Assembly (NCBI RefSeq): GCF_037042905.1
Contig: NC_087250.1
Span: forward strand, 13,828,001-13,892,000
DNA: 64,000 nucleotides
Source of the DNA: Lytechinus pictus
Taxonomy: Eukaryota
Direction of reading: 5' to 3'
Shown piece by piece: positions 50,925 to 64,000 of this stretch; position 1 is the stretch's first letter, and each line of letters opens with the position of its first letter. The notes beneath the pieces are model-generated. The model saw only the letters and a list, made by a program, of their open reading frames with translations, was not told the origin of the DNA and did no database searches. Position numbers and translations under genes: made by a program.

Positions 50925-53900
50925 AGACCCTACTAGGATCCACGCATTAATATCCTAGCCTGAAGGTATAAGACCTATTGAAACCAATTAATTCAATGTC
51001 CTTTATCTCCTGGCCGCCAATTTATTCCCAATGAGATGCTATTGGTTGGAGGTCTTAACAAGTCGTACGCGATACATGTATGTCTCGTGTTCAGGAAATT
51101 CAAAGCTTAACAGTTGTAGGCTGTAGCAAATGATGATTTGATGAAAAAGTCTTTAAAATTGTCACCGATTCAAAAGTCATCATGTCGAAGTTCAATTAAT
51201 TTTGTTGTCTTTCCATTTTTAATGCACAACATGTACATGTACATGTACACCTGTTATCAAATTGGTCTTTTGGAATGTACAAGACATTTTTATGCCATGT
51301 AATATTAGTCCATTGATTCTTGCCATTACAAGTTTGTTTGTTGGAACTTTGAAGAGCTTATTATTTTTAATAAGCTGTTATTTTTAAACTTTATCCATAT
51401 CTACATGCATATTTGTTGTCATTAAGCAAAATTTGTTGTTACTCAAAATTTGTATTTCTTCCATGCCCCTGAAGGGACCGTTCTAGAAATAAAATCACTC
51501 TACTGTACCATATATAGATCTAGATCCTGTAAATTTGTTTACTGTCTACAAGTATAACCTAACTATGTGAAATCATAAAATCTATTATCTGGAAAACAAA
51601 CTTTGAAATCATATGACATCTATGAAAGCTTAAAAAAAAGATCACATTGAAGATCGCCAACACATGTTCTTCTTGTCCTTGTCCTTTCAATAGAAACAAT
51701 ATACACTGTATGTCTAATTCACATCCACAATAATACGCTGTACATGTACGTGTACCTTTGAATTCATCCATTGCATCTCTTCCTTTTCTTCGTGATCTTC
51801 CAACGTGTGGTATTAGAATAGGGATGATCGTAATTTTGTTTTTTTAAAAAGCCCGACATGTACAAGTACATACAAAGCAAAACATGTTTGAGTGTACAGG
51901 TACATGTCTAGCGGTACTCATTATATTTGCAAGATGGAGAATGAAGATGAAAACATAGCTTTTGATGTAGTTTTCCTTCAAATGGCATGTCCCTGACCTT
52001 TTAGAATGGTGTGTGTGTGATAGATGTATGTCAGAATACCTAGGTTTATAATGTAAGAAACCTTCAGATGATCAGTAGATTGCAATGGATGAGGAGCCCT
52101 TGGCAAACTATGTTTGGTTGCAGTTCTGCAGGTACATTATGGACAACACAGAATGATAATGAATTAAAGATGTAGCTGTCAAAGTTGTAGTACATTGTAC
52201 ATAGTATGCCTTCATCGTGTCTGTTCATCAGTTAAAGGTTGTAAGGAACTCTCGTACGAAGCCCCGGAGCAGAACAAGTTTGTGTGCAGATTCTCTCTCT
52301 CAGAATGTTTTACAGAGTGATTATATGATATGTACAGTACAGGACATTGATCTTGATGTTAGTTCCTTTTACAGGTATAGAATGTCCTTGAATAGAGAGT
52401 GTAACACAGCACTGGCGGATCCAGGGGGGGGGGGGGGGAGCTGGCCCATGCCCCCCTTTGAGAGGCACAATTAAAATTTGCAATGTAAATATGCAGTTAG
52501 AGCAGAAATGTGCCCCCTTATTTTTTTCTTTTTTTTTTGCTTGTCAATTTTTTTTCGTGAACGGAATGTCCTCATTTTGGGTTGAAAACTTTTGTTTTTT
52601 GCTTGTTAATTTTTCCTTGGGGAAAATGTGCCCCCCCCCCTTTTTGGAAAATCCTGGATCCGCCCCCGGTACATGTAAACAAAAATTGAATGAATGTTTG
52701 ACAAGAGAGAACGTTCTAAGGAATACATTGTTTATGTACATGTACAGTATGTATTTCCACAAAATAATAAATGTTATCGAAGAGAAGCCCTTTTTTATAA
52801 AGACATGTTTGGTTGCAGGTAGTGTATTATTATTATTATTCATTTGGCCATTAAAAAACATACAAAAATTGTACAATGTAATTACAAAAACACTATTTGA
52901 TATTAAATAATTAAATATGGATATGTAAAAATGAAAGAAAAGAAGAAAAGAGTAAGAAAATTGTTTTTCCATGGGCCAGGGCTCGCAAAAGTAAAATTCA
53001 GTACTATCGCCCAGAGGCATGCGATGCGAGCCCCCATGGAAAAATCATTGAGAGTATTGCACATTCCGGTATATAAGATTACACATTAAAATTCAAATAA
53101 AACACATTCAACAGTTATTATTAAGAAGTATAAGAAATATGGAAAAAACATTGAAATTTTTGCACATTCCGGTATATAAAATTACACATTAAAATTCAAA
53201 TAAAACACATTCAACAGTTATTATTATTAAAGAAGTATGTAACGCCAGGCAAGATAAAAGAAATAAAGAGGGGTATTGGGAAGAATTTGAATACCCATGC
53301 CGGGTGTACATGTAAAGAAGGCACAGAAGAATAGTTTGACCATGGACCCTGGTATGATGTACAATACGCAGCTCTCAATAATTTTGTCTATTTGTTTTAT
53401 CATGTCCTTGGCATGCAAGAATTGTATGAGGGTCTGATCGTATGTTTGTCATAGTGGCTGGCTTCTGGGAATACATCCTTCAAAATAGTATTGTAATTTG
53501 AAAAAAAAAGGAGCCCTTATAAAAACATGTCGGGGTGCTGGTACTCGTAACACACAGAATAGTGAGGAGTGAGAAAGCACATTTCGGCATGTTTATAATG
53601 TACTGTACTGGAGTAAAACCAATGAACTTCATAGAATACCAGGCTTACATACTGTACATGTATGTACTATTACATGTACATGTACATGATATATACTTTC
53701 ATTTTATATTCATTTTGTATTGTAATAATTATGTATGCATATTCAATTTGTACATGTACTGTATATACCTACTGTATAGATTAGTCTGCTGTGCAAACCA
53801 TTCACTTGAGCTATTAAGGGTCTGAATGCAAAGCCTATAATGACTCATGTGCTGAAGGCCTATAAAGGGACGCACCATTAGAATACCCAGGGGGGGGGGG

Positions 53901-54161
53901 GGCTGGAAGTTTGGGTTGATGCCATTTTTTCCCCTTTCTTCTTTGAGTAAAGTTTTTTTCCTTGTCCATTGAGACGATTTTTGGGGGTCTTTTTTGCACC
54001 TTTCAGATTTATCAGTGGACCAAGATTTTTTTTAATACTCTGATGGTGAGTCAAGTTTCTTTCTTTTTTTTGCTCATATACTGTATTAAAGTCAAGTTTG
54101 TTTTTTTTGTGTGAAAATCTTCCACCCCCCCTGGATCTCATGGAATATGGTGCATCCATTG

Positions 54162-54911
54162 CAGGGTTGGGCTCAATTACAAGGTAATTGATCAATTACG
54201 TAATTAATTACATTTTTTTTGTAATTGTAATTGTATTTGAAATTTTGAAAGGGAAAGTAATTGTAATTGTAATTGAATAATATAATTGACTTCAATTCCT
54301 GTCAATTACTTTTGATTACATTTAATCATTAAATTTACTATAAACTTATTTTAATATTAGATATAATTGAATGACCTTTTTCATGTCAACTGCGTCAGCA
54401 TCAAAGAGTGTAATAGGCAGAATCCCTGCTCTTTATAAACTCGTATCTTGTCAGTTTCTCTGTATTAAACTTAAATTTATGTTGAAATAGTTGGTGCTTG
54501 TACTTGTACAGAATACAAAGCGATTTGATAAATGACTGTTATAGAAAGTATTTTAAATTGTCATTGACAAAAGTAATTGGTAATTGTATTGTCAATTGTA
54601 ATTGAAAAAATGTAATTTGATTGATAAGTAATTGCAATTGAACATGAATTTCTTCAATTACATAATTGTACTAAATAGGTTCATTATTGCGGATTGAAAT
54701 AATCGCTAGAGGGTATTCATTTGTCTCGCAATCTACTATGGTCAACAAGGAAATTCGTGATCACTCTCTCAAAAAGTGTTCACTGGCTTTCTAGGAAATT
54801 CGTGATCACTCTCGCAAAAAGTGTTCACTAGCTTACAAGTTCACGAGCTTTCGAGTGCCGCTCTAGCGATTACATAATTGTAATTGAAGAAAGTAATTGA
54901 GCCCAACCCTG
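54162..54911. mobile_element. hAT-like MITE (GTAATT-rich)
   Basis: TIR CAGGGTTGGGCTC / GAGCCCAACCCTG; same family as 59617-60081. Confidence 0.8.
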
Positions 54912-55672
54912 CGAGCAAGTTTGATATCTTCTAGACTTTGTGTGAAGTCCCACTTGTTGATCAAAGTTTTGATCAGGGTCTGTGCCTGCAGACTACAGAT
55001 TGCCAGTTTCTTGTCGGAATTCAACCACATCTGGAAATTAATGTTTAATAGGTCCACATCATGAATAATTCAAGCGAGCTCATTTTTATTGGTTTCTCAG
55101 TCTCACACTGTTTAATAGTTAATTCAGCTTGCCTATAAGCATACATCCATTATCTCTATGGTTTGTGAATGGGTTTATGCATTATTCACCATTGCGCAAC
55201 AATGCGGACTTGATGTGCAATAAATTTTATAAGTAATCATTTTCAAAGTTCCATCAAATAAGGTTTCAAAACAATTATTGTTGAAACATCATGTATCAAA
55301 TACATTCCACCCAACACTTCCACCTGCAAATGTGTTCTGTATTCATTCAGAGTCCTTTCCAAGCAGTGAGGTTGCACGACCTTTATTTGTTCCTTCTCGC
55401 ATTCGTTATGTATTTTCTGGGCATTTCATCGATTTTGCCCTTCCTCTTTCAAGTATTTCTGAATAATTATCTTCAGATCCTTTTCTCTCTCTCCCTCACT
55501 TCACCATTCTATGTCCCTTCCTCTTTCGCTCACTTTCTCTCTCCCTTTTCCTCTCCCTTTTCCCTCCCCCTTTCTCTCTCACTCCCACCCCTTTTGCCCT
55601 CTTTCCCTCTTTCTCCCTTCCTTTTTTTTCACTCTCTGTCCTCCATTTTTCTCTCCCTCCCCTTGTTCTCTC

Positions 55673-56067
55673 GGTTAATTGCCAATCTGTCTACTGCCAA
55701 CTCGACCACTCACCACATAGCCTACTCTCATTAGTCTAATGCCATTCTGTCCATCAACATTTTGTCTAACAACCATTTGGTCCAATCATCACTTCGTCTA
55801 ATCACCAGTTCGTCTATGACCATTTCGTCTAATAACCAGTTGGTCTAATACCCATTTTCTTTTTGTTTGCACAATTAACTTTTTAGTTTAATTAGACCAA
55901 ATGGACTATTAATGGTCATTGGACCAACTGGTTATTAGACAGAATAGCATTAGACTATAAAAATGAAAGTAGACCATGTGGTGAGTGGACGAACTGATGG
56001 TAGACCAAATGGTATTAGACGAGTTGGCAATTGGACGAATTGGCATTAGACGAATTGGAAATGTACC
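55673..56067. mobile_element. GG-terminated MITE with 8-bp TSD (Merlin-like), inside a CT-rich tract
   Basis: GTCTAA/TTAGAC-rich inverted arms; TSD GTTCTCTC/TTTCTCTC. Confidence 0.65.
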
Positions 56068-57102
56068 TTTCTCTCTCCCTTCCTTTATCCCTCTCTTTCT
56101 CCCCCTCTCTACCTCATTTTCTCTCTTTCCCTATCTCCCCATACCTCTCCCTATTCTCTCTTTCCTTAATACCCCCCCCTCCCCTTCTCTCTCGCTCCTC
56201 CCTCATCTATGGACATACATGCACTAGTCATTATTGAATTATTATTCTCATTACCACTCACAAGTTGTAAGAGGATTCAGGTTGCCATGGCAACCCAGCC
56301 AAGAAGGTGCAAATAAAAGACCATTTCCTGAATAAAAGGCAAACCTTCAATAATTTCGCCACCTGACGGAATAAAGGTTGAAGCCGTATTGCACATTGTA
56401 TTGCATGCTTGATTCTGGTACATTACGCCCAAGACGAATAGATCAATACATGAATGTTTCCACAAGTGTTGTGAGTTATTCTTTAACCCTTCCAATCAGG
56501 TGTAAACCATTGCTGATAAAGGTTGCATCATTTATGAGGTAGTTCCACCATATGTTATGTTATAGACTACGTGTATTTTGTGGTAATAAATATAAAAAGA
56601 TTGTGAGTTTTTGTGATGATTTTGAAATTAATCAGGTTTTCTGCTTTTATCAGAAACCATCTTTTTATTAAAGGTGAACTCTTACTCCCCCTTTAAAGCC
56701 TATCTTTAGTTTCATACATTATATGCCTCATGCCTGTGCCCTAGAAACGGTTGTGATGTTTAAAGATGAATACCAGTTGTTGTAATGATCTAAAAATTAA
56801 TTTGAAGAGAATCCAATAAAATTACCACCCAAGTATAAATGTATTTTGTGCCGAATGGCCCTGTAAAGAAAATGCGTAATTGCTGAGAAATGAGCAATAT
56901 AACTATAAGTGCGAAATTCCATCTAATGTTAGGTACTTTCCCAAGCAATATTAATACACTGTTCCACATATGCGCTTCTGTGTAAATGATCATCAGAATG
57001 ATCATTTTTGAGCTATAAAGATTTAATGATTTCACAAAGATAAGTTTAAATTACCAACCTTGAATTTCAAAGACTTTCTCCTGAAAAAAATGTTTGCTGT
57101 GC

Positions 57103-57518
57103 GGTGAATTGCCAATTTGTCTACTGCCAGCTCGTCCACTCACCACATGGTCTACCGTCATTTAATTTAATGCCATTCCATCCATCAACATTTCGTCTAA
57201 CAACCATTTGGTCCAATAACCATTTGGTCCAATCATCACTTCGTCTAATCACCATTTTGTCTATTACCATTATGTCTAATAGCCAGTTGGTCTAATACCC
57301 ATTTTCTTTTCATTCATTTTGCACAATTAACACTTAAGTTTAATTAGACCAAATTATGGTATATGGACTAAATGGCTATTGGACCAACTGGTTATTAGAC
57401 GGAATGGCATTAGACTAAATAAAAGTAGACCATGTAGTGAGTAGATGAACTGATGTTAGACCAAATGGTAGTAGAATAGTTGGCAATTGAACGAATTGGC
57501 ATTAGATGAATTTCAACC
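57103..57518. mobile_element. GG-terminated MITE with 8-bp TSD (Merlin-like)
   Basis: Perfect TSD TGCTGTGC; same family as 55673. Confidence 0.75.
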
Positions 57519-58077
57519 TGCTGTGCAACTACTTTCTTTTTGATACCTGAAATGTGTTTTATTTGATTGGCTGCCTGATAAAATACAAAACACCTTCTCA
57601 AGTATGGATTGGGCTAAAAACTTCAGGATTAACTATTGATGCTCAAACAGGAGTTTAAAATGAAATGAAAAATGTTACCAAGAAAGGGTTCTTTATTTAA
57701 ATTGAAATACATGTACTAAGGGCTGGACAATTTTAAAATTCTAGGTAAAAAAATGCATTCAATGACTTCTACGCTTTTGTATTGTCCGTTGATACTTAAG
57801 TATATTAGTTCACACTACTGATCGTTTACCAAAGTTTTAGACAGGCTTTTGATATTTTGATTAAAGTATGAAGGAGAGAGCACATAATATGAGCAGTGCT
57901 TGTATGCTCACACAATGCTCTCTATGGTCCCTATGCAACAAAAAGTGCAGGAAATAAAGGTCAATACATGTACATGCTATGCATGCTACTCTACATGTAC
58001 AGTATGCTGATCACATTGCAAATAGTCTATTGAGGTTCTGTTCAAGCCAGACCCCATGCTTCATTGAAACATATATT

Positions 58078-58532
58078 GATTATGATGACGATGATGATGG
58101 TGATGATGGTGATGATGATGGTGATGATGATGATGATGATGATGGTGATGATGATGGTGATGATGGTGATGATGATGGTGGTGATGATGGTGATGCTGAT
58201 GATGCTGATGATGAGTCTGTTGATAATGTTGATGGTAATGATGATGATGATGATGACGATGGTAATGATGATGATATTGATGATGATGGTGATGATAATG
58301 ATAATGATGGTGATGATGATGATGGTGATGATGATGGTGATGATGATGATGCTGATGATGCTGATGATGATGATGCTGATGATGAGTCTGTTGATAATGT
58401 TGATGGTAATGATGATGATGACGATGCTAATAATGATGATGATATTGATGATGATGGTGAATGATGATGACAGTGATGTTGATGATGCTGATCATATTGA
58501 TGATGATGATGATGATAACGATGATGGTGATA
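58078..58532. repeat. (GAT)n compound microsatellite with an internal duplication
   Basis: GAT/GGT/GCT triplets; GAGTCTGTTGATAATGTTGATGGTAAT occurs twice. Confidence 0.95.
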
Positions 58533-58873
58533 TTGGGTACTACATGTAAGTTTGAAGATTAATGTGCCTTTTCTTGTACTTTATAGTTTATACATTTACC
58601 TAGTGTTTTTGCTGTTTTCCATTAAACACCTTGAGCAAAATCAAAAATGGAAAAGATGCTATATAAATCCTACATTTTATTATTATTATTATTATCATTA
58701 TTATTATATTATTATGTGCATTATTTATACACAAGTGGTGCCATATTCACTGTAACCATCCAAATAAAAAAAAATTGGGGGGCTACTTTTCACAACTTAC
58801 TGTTGTTTCAGGGAATAAGTTTCCTGGTATCACATTGCAATTTGCTCCACATTTTTTAAAGACTGCTACACAA

Positions 58874-59185
58874 GGCCCGTATTCTGAAGTCAGGTTTAAC
58901 TTAGACCATGGTCTAACTCTGTGCTAAAATTATGGGAAGCCAAAAGTGTCAAAATTTTTATTAAGTTGTATGTTTCTTATGTTTGCTGTGCTCTTTCCTG
59001 ATTAATTGATGGTGAAGACAATCATCTTTTTATACTTCCTAGATAATTATGAATGATTTGAGAGCCAAATGAGCTAAAATATGATCTCTGTACTGTTAGT
59101 GATTTATGTAACAATTGGCTATCCATACTTTAAACCACAACTTTAAACCTGAGTTTAAGTTAAACCTGACTTCAGAATACGGGCC
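58874..59185. mobile_element. MITE
   Basis: TIR GGCCCGTATTCTGAAGTCAGGTTTAACTTA and its reverse complement. Confidence 0.8.
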
Positions 59186-59616
59186 AAAGTCTTTTGTATT
59201 GCATATTTTTACATAGGACTGTACATTACTAATAGTTAAGAGCTGTTCTCTTATGACCAAAATGCTATTCATATATTATAAAGCAAAATTATTCCCTGCT
59301 TTTAATCTGCAACATTTGATAAGCTTTAAAACTGAGATGGATGGGGATTTCCAGAGCTCCTTTTGTAAGTTACCAGGGGCCCGTTTCATAAAGCTGTTCG
59401 TAAGTTTAATAAGAGCGACTTTAAGAACGACTGGTGATCCTTTCTCGTGGTAAATGACGTTCACCATTATTTGTTGGTGATTATTTAGCGCGTAAGAAAG
59501 GATCACCAGTCGTTCTTAAAGTCGCTCTTAACTTACGAACAGCTTTATGAAACACCCAACTGACATCTTTCAAGCATTATGGGGGCTGAATCGCCCCAAG
59601 CCACCGTTTTGCCTGA

Positions 59617-60081
59617 CAGGGTTGGGCTCTATTGCAAGGTACATGTAATTGATCAATTACGTAATTACATTTTTTGAGTAATTGTAATTGAATTTTTTTT
59701 TATTGACTTCAAAATACTGTCAATTTTACACTGTACAATAAACTTTAATACTGATATGATTGAATTTCATGACCTTTTACATGTCAACTGCTGCAGCATC
59801 AAAGAGTGCAATAGGCAGAACCGTGCTCTTTAACATGAACCTTTATCTTGTTAGTTTCTCTGTAACTTAGAATTACATGTATGTTGAAATAGGTGGTACT
59901 AACGTTTTTAATACCGTAGCACATTAATAAAGAATACAAATTGATTTCATTTATGACTTTTATAGAAAGTAATTGAAATTTTAATTGCAATTTACAAAAG
60001 TAATTGGTAATTGTAATTGAAAAATATGTAATTTAATTGAAAAGTAATTGTAATTGAAGAAAGTAATTGAGCCCAACCCTG
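59617..60081. mobile_element. hAT-like MITE
   Basis: Same TIRs; 8-bp TSD TTGCCTGA/TTGCCTCA. Confidence 0.85.
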
Positions 60082-60140
60082 TTGCCTCATTGTAAATAAT
60101 TACCCAGCATGGCTACCCAGATTCGGTGCTTGAGCATTCC

Positions 60141-60643
60141 CAGACCTGCCAACCAGTACGTTTTAGCCGTATTTAGTACGTTTTTGTAACCAAAATACGG
60201 TAGTAGTACGTTTTTTCTTTAAAAAATATGTTTTTTGTAAAAAGAAAATAAATAAAAAATATATATATATTTTTTTTACAAAATCGTAATTGATTGAGAA
60301 AAATCATCTCTATATGTCTCTATTTCATAAAACGTACACAAATATGGTTATTAGATCAATGTAATTTCAGGTAACTTTTTTTGTTGTAAAAACCAGGGTG
60401 AGATATACACAAGTTTCAATGGTTTTTTTTTTTCATCTGCAAGAGCAGTGCGCATTTTAGCTTGCATGCAGCTTGAGCGCCGTGATGGGCGAGTGCGCCA
60501 AGCATTTTATTATGAAATACACTTTTTTGGGGAAAAATACAAAATATTTATCTCACACGGTAAAAATACTGATTTTTTGTGTGAAAATACTGATTTTGGG
60601 TGATAAGAATACTGAAAATGCAAAATACAACTTGGCAGCTCTG
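60141..60643. mobile_element. CAG..CTG-terminated MITE with apparent 6-bp TSD
   Basis: CATTCC|CAGACCTGCCAA ... TTGGCAGCTCTG|CATTCC. Confidence 0.6.
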
Positions 60644-61220
60644 CATTCCAATGAATTTCAAGGAAGTACTGCACATGGGTGGAGAGTGGCAAATGTAGAC
60701 ATGTGCCTCTCCAATGGACACAAGTGCTGAGATTTTAACCATGGATCTAGTGGTTCAAATTCCAGAGACTTATCCTCTGAGCCGTAACACTTTTAAACAC
60801 TAGAGTGTGAATACTATATATACTGTATTAACCATACAAATATTTGATTTGATCTGATTTATTAATTTTCACATTTCAATAACAAAAGTATATACAAGGG
60901 TAATCATTTTTTTTTCTTAGCATAACATAACAATAAGCAAATGACGTAATTAATAACAAATGCATATATGCAATTTAATTGAAATATATTTATACCTGAT
61001 AAATTTCTTTTTTTTAATTATATAAACAAATAGCAGAATTTTTTTTTATATATATACATATATCGAAATAATACATTTTAAGCTTAGAGCTTGAAATGGA
61101 TAAAGGCCTCAAAGGGAAAGGGGAATGAAAATCAGACAAACAGTGCAATAAAAGAGACTTATCTTTTTTTGCACAAAATAGGAATATTACCAAAAAAGTA
61201 GATAGAGAAAGAAAAATTAA

Positions 61221-61601
61221 AGGTATTGTTTAACTCTGTGAGCAGCCGATTTAAAAAATTCTCAAACCAAGATGAAACATGTGTACAAGTGCATGTATTA
61301 GAACTAATAAACCCTGAAAACAACCATTATTGAGAATGAAAAGCTAAAACTACAAGGCAAACCCCGATTTTGTAAATAGGCGTCTTATAGACGCCTAAAT
61401 AGTACACATAAGTGTATGGGATGAAATTAAGATGGTGTTTTCGGTCACTTTATATTTCAATTTTTGAAGCACTAAATAATTATTTACGAACGCAATTTTT
61501 TCTGGGCTTCATTTTTGTAACATATCACACACACAGGTGACAAGTGTGACCTTCTAGCTCAGATTTTTAAAAGTCAAATCAATGTTTAATAACCAATCAC
61601 T
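61221..61601. mobile_element. Kolobok-like TTAA MITE
   Basis: TTAA|AGGTATTGTTTAACTCTGTGAGCAGC ... AACCAATCACT|TTAA. Confidence 0.7.
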
Positions 61602-61854
61602 TTAAAATGAGGAAGTTATAATCATGTTGATAAAAGTGAAAGTGCATATATGAAAGTGCATAAAAGTGAAAGTGAATATGAGCTCCCACAGAAGTTGTTT
61701 TAAAACATTTTTCTGCCTGAATTGTGATTGTCAGAACTGCTTTAAACATTCCCTTCTGATTTGTTAAACCATGTAACGATGTCACACGGCACCCGACATG
61801 TATGTGTCGTACGAATTTTCTGTGCGCGTGAAATCGCCCCGCGCTTGACTGCTT

Positions 61855-62400
61855 ACTGAATGAGTCATTGCCTCATGAAAGAAATATTGATTTTTACTAT
61901 AACAAATTTGCTCTGAGCCAATCAGATGCGAGGATTTCCGTAGCTTACAACAATAGTCAGTGAGAACACAACTGCTGAATGAATCATTGCCTCATTATGT
62001 ACTTCAGGTTTATTAGTGTTAAAGAAAACAAATATTGATTTTCACTAACAGATTTGCTCTGAGCCAATCGGATGCGAGGATTTCCGTAGCTTATAACAAA
62101 TAGTCAGTGAAAACAACTGCTGAATGAATCACTGCCTCATTATGTACTTCAGGTTTAGTGTGTTATGAATTAAATAGTGATTTTCACTAACAAATTTGCT
62201 CTGAGCCAATCAGATGCGAGGATTTCCGTAGCTTACAACAATAGTCAGTGAGAACACAACTGCTGAATGAATCATTGCCTCATTATGTACTTCAGGTTTA
62301 AGTGTTTTAAGAAAACAAATTTTGATTTTCACTAACAGATTTGCTCTGAGCCAATCAGATGCGAGGATTTCAGTAGCTTATAACAACAGTGAAAATCACT
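61855..62400. repeat. ~145-bp tandem repeat, ~4 copies
   Basis: TTTGCTCTGAGCCAATC(A/G)GATGCGAGGATTT near 61907, 62053, 62195, 62340. Confidence 0.9.
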
Positions 62401-64000
62401 GACCATTGCTTCATGAAAGCTCCTGTGCTGCTCTTGAAATCAGTATGAACACAGCCATACTGGTTGGGAAGTACGTAATGATAGTAGGAGAAGCAATAAA
62501 TTTCTATGCCAACTTTGATTAGAGCTCATGTGTATATATTGACTTTATGCTCCAGTCATCAAATCCACCATCTCGTTTGCTGTGCGAAACCCTTCACTCA
62601 TGGAAAGTGGTCTGAATATTCTATATGCAGCCTTATAAGTATTATGTATGTGTCAATGACTTGTTAACACCACAGGTGGTAGAAGGTAGTCTGCAGGCAT
62701 AGACCTTTGTGTTTCGCAATTCACGTAGTGCATGATGCAGAGTCTGAATTAGTGAGACTACATGTAGATTTACTGTGGCTGCTCTTATTGGCTCTGGACA
62801 GCGACAATTGTTCCTGCTTTATTTCATCTGAAGTATAGGGTTAGGATTACGGTTGAAATAAGGTTTATATCAGGTTTAGGACAGGGTATAGTGTTAAAAT
62901 CCAGGGTTGAAGTTGGTCATTCCAGTGTGTTGGATTTACTGCGGAGCAATTGTTATGGAACCAGTCTTGAGTCTAGTCTTCACTCCAGGCATGGTATAAT
63001 TGGTCAGAGTGTCAAATATGAGTATGTGTTTTCAGACCAGGTTGAAGCCTTGAAGGTCCCTCCTGAAATTGTAACATCAAGTAGTATTCGTGCTTCATGT
63101 AGTTCTGTGTCAAGCTCAAGACCCACTTGTTGATCAAAATTTGAATTTCAATCAAGGTCTGTGCCTGTAGACTACATGCAGATTGGCGATGTCTCTGTCA
63201 CATTAGTCTGCAGGCACAGACCCTGCTTGAAACTTTGATCAGCAAGTGTGTCTCCACGCAAAAACTAGCACTATACAAAACTTGTGCGAGAGGGCCTTCA
63301 GTACACAAGGCATGAGTAGGCTGCACAGTCAGAATAAGCCAGTTAGAAGTTCCACTCTACGCATGATCAGAAGATTCTGCGCATGATCAGAGGAAGGTCA
63401 TTTGTACTAAAGTGACATGGTGGTTTTAATTCTAATGAGATAAGCACCAACTTTGATGTCTTGATTATTTATATATTCTTTTGAATTGTGGTTTTCATTT
63501 ACATCCACAAAAAACAACAATGCGTCCACGAACAGAACGGCTGGTATCACAGTTTGCCAAGTACATTGTACAACATCATCTAATATGCATTCAAAGTAGA
63601 AATGCAACAAATACCTTCATAGAGTGTTCATTGATGTGCTGTTCTAGTCACCTGGTCTATTCAATTTCTTCATCCTGCCATGTAAGGCAAGCTTACGTAA
63701 TATCTTGCTTTGAAATCTGCCTATCATAATGAAAGAAATGAAAGGTCATTTGACCAAAATTGTCCATGAAGTAACTACGACCTGGGGAGTGTTTCATCAA
63801 CATTTTTGTCCGACAATCTGTCAGATCTGACAACTTTCCTTGATTTTGATTGGCTGAGAAGCACTGTTGCTAGAGTAACTGTCGGATAAAACAGGACTTG
63901 TCGGACAAATCACTTTCATGAAACGCTCCCCTGGTCTATTGGCTCTGAACAGCGACAATCGTTCCTGCTTTATTTCATCTGAATTATAGGGTTACGATTA

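Noticed and set aside
57979..58549. Poly-Asp and poly-Met ORFs
   Set aside because: Translations of a (GAT)n microsatellite; no fitting splice context or PLC homology.
48150..64000. Further PLCL exons or another gene
   Set aside because: No EF-hand, X/Y or C2 similarity recognised in the ORF track; short ORFs map to MITEs or low-complexity DNA. A small exon could have been missed.

Overview
AT-rich, transposon-dense metazoan genomic DNA. It is probably from an echinoderm such as a sea urchin (inference from repeat content and a 2A-bearing CR1-group LINE); it is not prokaryotic. Two + strand spliced genes are present. The first is a KRAB-less C2H2 zinc-finger gene (exons 21-83, 2076-2607, 6129-9715; 1393 aa if ATG 21 is the start; 36 fingers built by recent block duplications), with decayed fingers beyond its stop. 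The second is the 5' part of a PLC-like/PRIP (PLCL1/2-type) gene (exons 33225-33507, 41680-41829, 42546-42752, 44607-44646, 48020-48149), whose 4th intron is a U12-type AT-AC intron. Mobile DNA includes a near-intact DD34E Tc1, a decayed 2A-PHD-APE-RT LINE inside a five-layer nest, several Helentron-type HINEs, a Penelope-like fragment with a minimal hammerhead motif, tRNA-SINEs and many MITEs. Most unusual signals: (a) seven serially duplicated U12 branch-point/AC acceptor cassettes, most disabled in the branch-point-to-AC spacer; (b) pervasive TA-to-TACATGTA 6-bp insertions, shown by paralog pairs, that look like DNA-transposon excision footprints, with other hexamers (TAGGCC, TAGATC, TACCGG) stacked in register near the PLCL first exon; (c) a triplicated zinc-finger exon that may give a short isoform. 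All coordinates and counts were read by eye.
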